DNA of 64,000 nucleotides from Candidatus Binataceae bacterium (lineage in GTDB: Bacteria; Desulfobacterota; Binatia; Binatales; Binataceae). This document shows positions 18,487 to 26,449 of this stretch, piece by piece. Within the stretch, counting starts at the first letter, position 1, and every line of letters begins with the position of its first letter. Under the pieces are notes generated by a model, which was given only the letters and a program-made list of their open reading frames with translations, was not told where the DNA came from and did no database searches. The stretch spans positions 45,286-109,285 of the forward strand of contig DASPOF010000108.1 in NCBI GenBank assembly GCA_035626155.1, given 5' to 3'. The position numbers were made by a program, and so were the translations under genes.

Positions 18487-18527
18487 CGGGCGGGTGAGCT
18501 TCGGCGACCCCGCCCGCTTTCCCTTTT
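18487..18527 (+). terminator. Rho-independent terminator candidate after the response regulator
   Basis: 8-bp GC stem: CGGGCGGG at 18487-18494 pairs with CCCGCCCG at 18509-18516. It is followed by CTTTCCCTTTT. Confidence 0.5.
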
Positions 18528-18705
18528 GACTGTCCGGTGATCGTCAAATACGATCCGGGCACAACGGGGAATTCAAGGGTGCGCTGATCATTGACGGGAG
18601 ACGCGCCCCCCGACGGCGCCATCCCTCTCGATCGGCGTCCCGACACCCGATTTCGCGCTCTGGTCCGCTCCGGCGGAAATTTATCGCAAGGAGGCGGTCT
18701 ATCTC

Positions 18706-19899
18706 ATGAAGTTCGGCACCTTCTACGAGCATCAACTGCCACGTCCCTGGAAGCCCGGCGCGGAGGCCAAACTTTTTCAGGATGCGCTCGATCAGGTCGA
18801 ACTCGCCGACAAGCTCGGCATCGATCACATGTGGGAAGTCGAGCATCACTTTCTCGAAGAGTATGCGCATTCATCCGCGCCCGAGATTTTTCTTGCGGCG
18901 TGCAGCCAGCGCACGAAGAACATACGGCTCGGCCACGGGATTGTCCTGCTGCCGCCCGCCTACAACCATCCGGCGCGAGTCGCCGAGCGGATCGCGACGC
19001 TCGATCTCGTAAGCAACGGGCGCGTCGAGTTCGGAACCGGCGAGTCATCGGCGGACGCGGAGCTTGGCGGCTTCCTGATTCCGCGCGCCGACAAGCGCGA
19101 CATGTGGCGCGAATCGCTGGGAGTCATCGCGCGGATGTTCGTCGAGGAGCCGTTTCTGGGTCACGAGGGCAAATACTTCAGGATGCCGGTGCGCAATGTG
19201 GTGCCCAAACCGCTGCAGAAGCCGCATCCGCCGCTCTGGGTCGCGTGCTCCCGGCGCGAGACGATTCATCTTGCCGCACAGCTTGGAATCGGCGCGCTCA
19301 CTTTCGCATTCGTGTCGCCGGATGAGGCGCGGCAGTGGGTCGACGATTACTACACCACGCTTGCCACGGAATGTGAGCCGGCCGGATATGCGGTCAACGC
19401 GAATATCGCGATCGTCACCGGCTTCATGTGCGACAAGGACGAGGCGCGCGCTCGCGCGATGGGCGAGGAGGGACTGAGGTTCTTCGCCTTTGCGCTCGGC
19501 CATCATTACGTCTTCGGCCGCCACGAGCCCGGCAAGACCGACATCTGGTCCGCCTTCAAAAACAGCCCGATGGAGATGCCCGGTACCGCGGGCCCCAACG
19601 CGTGCATCGGGACGCCCGCCCGGATCCGCCAGCGGCTGCTCGATTACGAAGCGGCCGGCGTCGACCAGGTCGTCTTCATCTCGCAGGCCGGCAACAACCG
19701 CCACGAGGACATCTGCGCATCGCTCGAACTGTTTGCCAGGGATGTGATGCCCGAGTTCAAGGAGCGCGAGGGCAGGCGAGCGCGCGAGAAGGCCGAACGG
19801 ATGGCGCCGGTGATCGAGCGCGCGATGAAGCGCAAGCCGGAGCCGAAAATCCCGAAGACCGACGGGCCGACGGTGATACAGGCGGGGATGCAGGTTTAG
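18706..19899 (+). CDS. LLM-class (luciferase-like) flavin/F420-dependent oxidoreductase
   Basis: MKFGTFYEHQLPRPW..., LGIDHMWEVEHHFLEEYAHSSAPEIFLAA, RLGHGIVLLPP..HPARVAE. AAGGAGG RBS upstream. Confidence 0.85.
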   Translation: MKFGTFYEHQLPRPWKPGAEAKLFQDALDQVELADKLGIDHMWEVEHHFLEEYAHSSAPEIFLAACSQRTKNIRLGHGIVLLPPAYNHPARVAERIATLDLVSNGRVEFGTGESSADAELGGFLIPRADKRDMWRESLGVIARMFVEEPFLGHEGKYFRMPVRNVVPKPLQKPHPPLWVACSRRETIHLAAQLGIGALTFAFVSPDEARQWVDDYYTTLATECEPAGYAVNANIAIVTGFMCDKDEARARAMGEEGLRFFAFALGHHYVFGRHEPGKTDIWSAFKNSPMEMPGTAGPNACIGTPARIRQRLLDYEAAGVDQVVFISQAGNNRHEDICASLELFARDVMPEFKEREGRRAREKAERMAPVIERAMKRKPEPKIPKTDGPTVIQAGMQV

Positions 19900-19998
19900 C
19901 GCGTTTTGCGCAGTCCGCGATTCGATCGTAAGGCCCGCCGCTTCCGCGCGGCCCAGCCGCAACTTGGAACTCCGCGCCGGGGTGAGTAAACTGCTGCC

Positions 19999-21174
19999 TT
20001 GATGGATTGCGCGATTCGCATCGGGAAGATTGCATCGGCCGCGGCTGTGCTCGCCGCGATTGCGGTCGCACCGCCCGCGTCCGTCCGAGCAGCCGAGCCA
20101 ACCGGCAAGAACGGGGCGAACAGCGCGCCGGCGGACAAGGCCGCGGTGTTGCACGACGTCGTGCGCAAATTCTCAACGGGCGAGAAGATCGACCCCGGCG
20201 AGCTCCGCGCATTCGTCAAAGCGCAGAACGAGGGCGCCACCACCGGCCCCGCGATCGGCTCCCGGGTCCCGGACTTCGAACTGCCGGATCAGAATGGCAA
20301 GCGCTGGCCGCTTCACGATCTGATGGGTCCCAAGGGGCTGCTGCTCGTATTCACGCGCAGCGCCGATTGGTGACCCTTCTGCCGCACGCAGCTCGTCGAG
20401 CTGCAACGATCGCTCCCTGAATTGAAGGCCGCGGGGCTTGGCGTCGCGGCGGTGAATTACGACCCGCCCGAGACATTGAAGCGCTTCGCCGATGCGCATC
20501 GCATCACGTACCCGCTGCTCTCGGACAAGGGCAGCGTCGTAATCCGCAAGTTCGGAATCCTGAACACGAACATCCCGCAGGACCATCCGTTTTACGGCGT
20601 TCCCTTCCCCGGCGATTATGTGATCGCGCCCGACGGTGTCGTACGCGACAAATTCTTCCTGCCCGACTACGAGACGCGGCCGGCCGCATCCGAGGTGCTG
20701 CTCAAGGATTTCGGCGCGACGGCGGGAAAGAACACGGCAGTGGAGACCGCGGGCGATGTCACGATGGCGGTGACGCTGTCGGACGTCACATCCGCCCCCG
20801 GTCACGAACTCGGGGTCACCATTGAAATCGCGGTGGCTCCGGGATGGCACATCTACGGCCGGCCGCTGCCGAAGGAATACGTGCCGACGACGGTCACGTT
20901 CGATCCCGACCTGATCGCGAAGCAGTCAATCGATTTTCCAGCGGCGGTCCCGACCAAGTTCGAGGCTCTCGGCGAGACCATTCCGGTTTATACGGGCCGG
21001 TTCCGCGCGACGGGGACAATCCTTCTCAAGCTCGGACTCAAACCCGGAGATTACAAGCTTGGCGGGACGCTCAAGTTCCAGGAATGCAGCGATACGATCT
21101 GCAAGATGCCGCAGGCCGCGGCATTCGAGTTGCCGCTTAAGATCGAACCGCTCGTGGCGGGCCTGAAACCCTAG
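19999..21174 (+). CDS. Secreted selenocysteine-containing peroxiredoxin-like (AhpC/TSA redoxin) protein fused to a DsbD-alpha-like domain; TGA at 20371-20373 read as Sec
   Basis: Track ORFs 19999..20373 and 20422..21174 are in the same frame, and the only stop between them is TGA 20371-20373. Read-through gives LLLVFTRSADW-U-PFCRTQLVELQ, a W-C-P-x-C redox motif with Sec at the first position. The N-terminus has a signal peptide (AAVLAAIAVAPPASVRA|AEP). The C-terminal half (APGWHIYG...KFQECSDTICKMP) resembles the DsbD N-terminal domain. The start is TTG 19999 or ATG 20002. Confidence 0.75.
20388..20404 (+). promoter_or_regulatory. Candidate bacterial SECIS hairpin
   Basis: Perfect inverted repeat GCAGCTC-gtc-GAGCTGC starting 14 nt after the TGA. 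The apical loop, about 22 nt after the UGA, contains G-U. Confidence 0.5.
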
Positions 21175-21280
21175 CGGAATATCGATCTGAGAGTGCCTGC
21201 GGGACCGTCCGCGCGCGGCGGAGCAACTGAGTTGGCGCGGCCGAAGGCGCGCGACGTGCTCCATCGCGGGAGATTGCGAA

Positions 21281-22801
21281 GTGGGTAACAGCGATATCGA
21301 GGCCGCGCGCGTCTTCCACGAGATCACGAAGCACTCGTACACGAGCGTGCGGTCGTCGGCGCATTATCTCGACTGGGATATCAAACCGCTCCCGTACAAG
21401 ATTTATCCGGATGCGGCCGCAATCGCGCTGCCGCGCGATTTTGAGCTTTCCGCGATGCCGACGCTGCGCGCGATCGCCGGCGAGGCCGCCCCCTTCTCGG
21501 CGGAATCGATCGGACTCGAGAGTCTGACCCGGCTGCTCTTTTGCGGTGGCGGGCTGACGCACCGCTCGCGCGTCGGCGGCGAGGATTATCACTTCCGCGC
21601 TGCGGCGTCGGCCGGCGCGCTCTACCCGATTGAGATCTATGTCGCGGCGGGCGAGATCGATGGTCTGCAGGCGGGCCTGTATCATTTTTCGCCGGCGGAC
21701 CTGAAACTTCGCGGACTCAGGCGCGGCGATTGGCGGCGCACAATCGCGCGCGCGGCCGCGATGCGCCCGTCGCTCGCGAGCGCCCGCGCGGTGCTCCTGA
21801 TGACCGCGATCTACTGGCGAAGCGCGTGGAAGTACCGCGCCCGCGCCTACCGCTACTGCTTCTGGGATGCGGGCACGATTGCGGCCAACCTGCTCGCAGC
21901 CGGCTCGGCGGGCCAGGTTCCCGCCGAGATCGTCACCGCATTCGTGGACTCGGAACTCGAAGCATTGCTCGGAATCGACAGCCGGCGCGAAGGGCTGGCC
22001 TGCCTCGTCGCATTGGGGCGCAGCGAGACCGAGCCCGCCGAGCCGCCCGCGCTTGAGCCGTTCCCCTTCGAGGCGATCGCGCTCTCATCGCGCGAGGTCA
22101 CCTATGATGACCTGGTGAAGATTCACGCCGAGTCGCGCCTTAAGAGCCGGGAGGAAGTCGAGGCGGTGACGAGCGCGCGAATTGAGACGCGAGCGTTGCC
22201 CGCGCCAGGGAGCCAGCTTCGATTCGAAACGATCGACCCCGATCACTCCTCCCCGCTCGGCGCGACGATACTGCGCCGGGGCTCAACCCGCGTGTTCGCC
22301 GAGGCGCCCATCAGCCGCGAGGAGCTTGCGACGATCATGGCGGACTCAAGCGCGCATCCCCGCTCGGATTTCCCGCGTCTTACCAGCACCTACCTGATCG
22401 TCAATGGCGTCGAGGGGATGGAGCCGGGCGCTTACTACTATCGGCGCGAAAACGGATCCTTCGAGTTGCTCAAGCGGGGAAATTTTCGAGCCGACGCCGG
22501 CTACCTGTGTCTCGAACAGCCGCTCGGGATGAAATGCTCGGCGCTGGTCGTGTACGCGGCGAACCTGGATTCCGCCCTCGGCGCGCTGGGTAATCGCGCC
22601 TACCGCGATATGCACCTGGAGGCGGGCATCCTTGCCGGCCGCGCCTACCTGGCCGCCTACTCACTTGGCCGGGGCGCAACCGGGCTCACCTTCTATGACG
22701 ACGATACGACCAAATTTTTCGAACCGCACGCCGCGGGAATGAGCCCGCTCCTGATGGTCGCGCTGGGCGTCCCCCGCTCAGCCGCCGAAGATCAGACCTG
22801 A
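21281..22801 (+). CDS. SagB/ThcOx-type dehydrogenase (tandem nitroreductase-like domains)
   Basis: N-terminus ARVFHEITKHSY is typical of the SagB family. Two nitroreductase-fold halves are present (AGALYPIEIYV..., CLEQPLGMKCSALVVY..., GATGLTFYDD). GTG start. Confidence 0.75.
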   Translation: MGNSDIEAARVFHEITKHSYTSVRSSAHYLDWDIKPLPYKIYPDAAAIALPRDFELSAMPTLRAIAGEAAPFSAESIGLESLTRLLFCGGGLTHRSRVGGEDYHFRAAASAGALYPIEIYVAAGEIDGLQAGLYHFSPADLKLRGLRRGDWRRTIARAAAMRPSLASARAVLLMTAIYWRSAWKYRARAYRYCFWDAGTIAANLLAAGSAGQVPAEIVTAFVDSELEALLGIDSRREGLACLVALGRSETEPAEPPALEPFPFEAIALSSREVTYDDLVKIHAESRLKSREEVEAVTSARIETRALPAPGSQLRFETIDPDHSSPLGATILRRGSTRVFAEAPISREELATIMADSSAHPRSDFPRLTSTYLIVNGVEGMEPGAYYYRRENGSFELLKRGNFRADAGYLCLEQPLGMKCSALVVYAANLDSALGALGNRAYRDMHLEAGILAGRAYLAAYSLGRGATGLTFYDDDTTKFFEPHAAGMSPLLMVALGVPRSAAEDQT

Positions 22802-22971
22802 TCCCATCTCAACACGGCGCGACCACGCGAGGAGTCCCGCGCGCGGCCGCCGCGGTGGTCATTCATCCGGGGCGCGCTCGTTTGCCATGGCGATGACCGC
22901 GGATGAGGCCGATGCTGTTCATGTGAGCATCGCGCACGCCTGATGCGCACGTTCGCCCCGGTTTTCACCGA

Positions 22972-22987
22972 CGGCACCGCCCTTGCA
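22972..22987 (+). promoter_or_regulatory. Sigma-54 promoter candidate (cGGCAC-N5-TTGCA) upstream of the PII gene
   Basis: CGGCAC CGCCC TTGCA. GG and GC are at canonical -24/-12 spacing, about 80 nt upstream of ATG 23069. Confidence 0.55.
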
Positions 22988-23068
22988 AACATGATCAACG
23001 GGGCACCGGACGATTCAGCGATTCGGTGATGTGGGGGCAAAGCCACGGGGCGGGTGCGGTGAGAGGGC

Positions 23069-23407
23069 ATGAAGAAGATCGAAGCGATCATCAAACCCTT
23101 CACCCTCGATGCGGTCAGGATTGCGCTCGAAAAAGCCGGCATCAGCGGTCTCACCACGTCCGAAGTGAAAGGTTTGGCCCGCCAGAAGGGCCGTGCCGAG
23201 CCATCTAAAGGCTCGGACTACTCCATCGAGTTCAAGCCCAAGCTGAAGCTCGAGATCATCGTGCGCGATGAGCAGGCCGACGCGGTTGTGAGCGCGATTC
23301 TCCGCAAGTCCCGCATCGGGGGAGCCGGCGACGGCGACATCTGCGTGATGAGTGTCGAGGACGTCATCCGGATTCGGACCGACGAGCGCGGCGACGCAGC
23401 GATCTGA
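23069..23407 (+). CDS. glnB: PII family nitrogen regulatory protein (divergent GlnB/GlnK-like)
   Basis: MKKIEAIIKPFTLDAVRIALEKAGISGLTTSEVKG..RQKG...IRIRTDERGDAAI, 112 aa. See findings for deviations in the T-loop and signature motif. Confidence 0.88.
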   Translation: MKKIEAIIKPFTLDAVRIALEKAGISGLTTSEVKGLARQKGRAEPSKGSDYSIEFKPKLKLEIIVRDEQADAVVSAILRKSRIGGAGDGDICVMSVEDVIRIRTDERGDAAI

Positions 23408-23595
23408 CGGCGTCTCTCGCTCTCGCAATCATCTCGCCTTGCTCTGCGACGGTCGCGACACTGCTTGAGTGCCGGGCCGCTCCCTGCCAGCAACAGCCGT
23501 TGCGACCTGCAATATGTGATGCGTTCTGAATGGGCGGATGCTCATTTCCTCAGCATTTATCTGCTCGGTACTGCGAATGAACATTGCAATTTGCG

Positions 23596-23611
23596 TGGCA
23601 CCCTTCTTGCG
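23596..23611 (+). promoter_or_regulatory. Sigma-54 promoter candidate (TGGCAC-N5-TTGC) upstream of the APC permease
   Basis: TGGCAC CCTTC TTGCG, a perfect match to TGGCAC-N5-TTGC, about 90 nt upstream of ATG 23702. It is immediately preceded by the near-palindrome TGCAAtTTGCG (23585-23595). Confidence 0.6.
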
Positions 23612-23701
23612 CTTGGGCAGATTCGAGTCCGTGGCAGGCCGGCGCCTGCAAAGCGCGGACGCGTGGAATGCCGCCGATGTGGCGGAGACCAAGGAGGAGA
23701 G

Positions 23702-25375
23702 ATGGCTCAATCGAACGAAGCACCCAAGATGAAGGCGACCCTCGGGCTGACGGGCGTCACCGTCAACGCGATGGCGCTGATCGCCCCGGGAGCGTTTTTG
23801 TGGCTGACTTTCGCGGGGCAGGCCAACGAGGGATTCCCCTCAGGAATCGCGATGTGGTCAGGGATACTGGTGGCCCTACTGCTCGCGTATGCCACGGCGC
23901 TGTCTTATTCGGAGCTCGCGAAGCTGTATCCCGGTTCCGGCAGCTCTTACTTGTTCGCGGAGCAGGCGTTTTTGGGCAAGACGCACGCCTACCGCTTCGC
24001 GCGCATCGCCAAGTTCGTCATCGGATGGTCCTCGCATCTCTACTACTGGGTCTATCCGGCGGTCATGGTCGCCTCGATGGGCGTCATGATTGGCTACATC
24101 GTAGGAAACGTCGCTCCGGGGTTTATGAACTCGGCGGTCCCCGGCCCGGTTTTCATGGCCCTGATGGCGATACTCTCCGCGTATTTCGTGTCGTGGATTG
24201 CGTTTCGAGGGGTGCAGGGCTCGACGATGGTCAATCTTGCGATCAACGCAATTCAGATCGCGGCCTTGCTGTTCTTCTCGGCGCTCGCGATCGCCTACCG
24301 CGTGTCTCATCCGGCGGGATCCACGGGCCTGGGCCTCGATGCGAACGGGAACATCATCACCTCGACGGTGAGCTACGCGCTCACGGGCGACAACCCCGCG
24401 CATCCGAACGCGCTGTCGGTCATCCTGCCGCACCGCTTCGACTACATGATGTTGCAGGCGACGGTCGCGATTCTGCTGCTGGTCGGATTCGAGTCGATAA
24501 CCTCGCTCGGCGAAGAATCGAAGAACCCGACCCGGGACATCCCGCGCGGAGTTCTGCTCTCGCTGACGATCCAGGGACTGTTCTGCTACATGATCGAGTA
24601 CTACGCCGCGAACTACATGCTGAGCAGCGCATACAGCCTCGCGGCCGCAAAGGGCTCGGCCGCTCCGCTGGGCGATATGATGATGATCGTGGGCAACGCG
24701 CTGCTCGGCGGGCACGGTCAGGCGTTCATGCTGATCGAGGCGCTGACGGTCTTTCTCGCACTGATCGGCACCACGCTCAGTTGCATCAACACCGGCGCGC
24801 GCGTGACGTACGCGATGGGTCGAGATGAGGAAGTGGCGGAGCATTTCGGACTGCTCCACGGTCAAAACCTGACGCCGCATCGCGCGATCTGGACGCTCGC
24901 GACGATCTCGGCGGTGCTGGGCGCATTCGGCGCGCTGTACTACTTCGCCGGCGGCTCCGCCCCCGATGACAAGACTATCGCGACGCTGCCCCACTCGATC
25001 TGGTACGCGATGGGAATGAGTTCCAACGCGGCGCTCTCCGCGCTGCCCAATGGATGGCTGCTGATCACGCTGATATCCAACTTCGGCACCTTCATCCTGT
25101 ACGGGCTCACCAACGTCATCTGCATGGTCGCGTTCTACGAGCATCACGAATTCAGCGGGTTCCGGCACATGGTGGTGCCGATTTTCGGGGCGTTCGCCAA
25201 CTTCGCTTGCATGGCCTTCTACGTAATTGGCCCCCTGGAGGGGATCGGCAGCGTGAAGGAGCCGTTGATGGCGGTAGCGCTTTCGGTGGTCTGGGGCGTG
25301 TACGGGGCGATCTACTTCGTTCGCAACTCGAAGAAGAGGGGCAAGGACACCATCCTGGTCGCCAAGCCGGTGTGA
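23702..25375 (+). CDS. APC superfamily permease (amino acid/amine transporter)
   Basis: 12+ hydrophobic segments, LSYSELAKLYPGSGSSYLFA, FESITSLGEESKNPTRDIPRG. Start moved from track 23465 to ATG 23702, which is preceded by AAGGAGGAGAG. Confidence 0.85.
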   Translation: MAQSNEAPKMKATLGLTGVTVNAMALIAPGAFLWLTFAGQANEGFPSGIAMWSGILVALLLAYATALSYSELAKLYPGSGSSYLFAEQAFLGKTHAYRFARIAKFVIGWSSHLYYWVYPAVMVASMGVMIGYIVGNVAPGFMNSAVPGPVFMALMAILSAYFVSWIAFRGVQGSTMVNLAINAIQIAALLFFSALAIAYRVSHPAGSTGLGLDANGNIITSTVSYALTGDNPAHPNALSVILPHRFDYMMLQATVAILLLVGFESITSLGEESKNPTRDIPRGVLLSLTIQGLFCYMIEYYAANYMLSSAYSLAAAKGSAAPLGDMMMIVGNALLGGHGQAFMLIEALTVFLALIGTTLSCINTGARVTYAMGRDEEVAEHFGLLHGQNLTPHRAIWTLATISAVLGAFGALYYFAGGSAPDDKTIATLPHSIWYAMGMSSNAALSALPNGWLLITLISNFGTFILYGLTNVICMVAFYEHHEFSGFRHMVVPIFGAFANFACMAFYVIGPLEGIGSVKEPLMAVALSVVWGVYGAIYFVRNSKKRGKDTILVAKPV

Positions 25376-25400
25376 CGCTTTAGGTGTCGCGAGAAATTGT

Positions 25401-25444
25401 GGGGCGGGCCGCCGCAAAGGCGGCTCGCCCCTTCGGTCGTTTTA
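25401..25444 (+). terminator. Rho-independent terminator after the APC permease
   Basis: 13-bp stem: GGGGCGGGCCGCC pairs with GGCGGCTCGCCCC (one G-U pair), loop GCAAA, followed by TTCGGTCGTTTT. Confidence 0.6.
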
Positions 25445-25494
25445 GGAAAGTGCAAGTCTCTGCACGTGAACTGATTCGAGGATCGCCCGCGCGA

Positions 25495-26328
25495 ATGGAC
25501 CCAGCTTCCGACGAATCGCCCCTCATATCGACGCAGTTCGAACTAGCGTTGCTCTCCGACGTGGGCACGGACCGCCCCGACAACGAGGACTCCTGCGCCC
25601 ACTTCATCGAGGCTTCCGACAGCGCCGTGTTCGCGGTTGCCGACGGGGTGGGCGGCTACGAGGGGGGCGAGGTTGCAAGCGCGATGGCGGTGCAGGTCGT
25701 GCTCGATGCCTACCGGGAGAGCCCGCCCGCATGGGGACCCGGAAAACGCCTGACGCGCGCGGTCCAGCAGGCCAACATCGAAATCCACAACAAAGCCATC
25801 GCGGTGCCCGAATTGCGGCGGATGGGCACCACGCTCACCGCGGTCGCGGTCGAAAAGGGGATGCTCTCGGCGGCTCACGTCGGCGATTGCCGGCTGTACC
25901 TCGTCCGCCGCAATAAGATCCTTCAGCTCACCAAAGATCACACGATGGTCGGGGAGCGGGTGCGGATGGGAATACTCAGCGAGGCCAGCGCGCGGACGCA
26001 TCCCGAACGTTCGGTCCTGACCCGCAGCCTCGGCCGCGAACTCATAGTGCCGGTCGATCGGATCTCGATGCCGCTGGTCAAGGATGACCGCCTGATTCTG
26101 TGTACCGACGGCCTCTACGGCGTGCTCGAAGATCATGATCTCGAGCACCTGACGCGCGAGATCGAGGCGGCCCCCGCCTGCCGCCAGCTCATCGATGCCG
26201 CCAACCAGCGCGGCACCGCGGACAATCTCACGGTCGCCGTGTTCAAGATGCACGCCGAGACCGGCTTCGATCCGACCCCGACCGGATGGCGCGCGCGGCT
26301 GAGCGGCTTCCTGCGGCGCGGCCGATAG
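25495..26328 (+). CDS. PP2C-family Ser/Thr protein phosphatase
   Basis: LSDVGTDRPDNEDS, FAVADGVGGYEGGEVAS, MGTTLTAV, AHVGDCRLYL, LILCTDGLYGVL, ADNLTVAVF. Start at ATG 25495; the track GTG at 25384 overlaps the terminator. Confidence 0.88.
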   Translation: MDPASDESPLISTQFELALLSDVGTDRPDNEDSCAHFIEASDSAVFAVADGVGGYEGGEVASAMAVQVVLDAYRESPPAWGPGKRLTRAVQQANIEIHNKAIAVPELRRMGTTLTAVAVEKGMLSAAHVGDCRLYLVRRNKILQLTKDHTMVGERVRMGILSEASARTHPERSVLTRSLGRELIVPVDRISMPLVKDDRLILCTDGLYGVLEDHDLEHLTREIEAAPACRQLIDAANQRGTADNLTVAVFKMHAETGFDPTPTGWRARLSGFLRRGR

Positions 26329-26449
26329 AGCGTGAGGCCAAATCGACTCAGTTTGGCAGCGGCGGTAACAGGATATACTCAGTTGCTTCGCTCGCGCGCC
26401 GGATGTTAGCGTCCGCTCCCGGAGCCCGGCCCCGAAAGCCCAACCCAGC

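Noticed and set aside
21281-22801. SagB-type gene as a marker of a thiazole/oxazole-modified peptide (TOMM) cluster
   Set aside because: No YcaO/cyclodehydratase, docking protein, precursor peptide or exporter is in the neighbourhood. A biosynthetic gene cluster call is not supportable.
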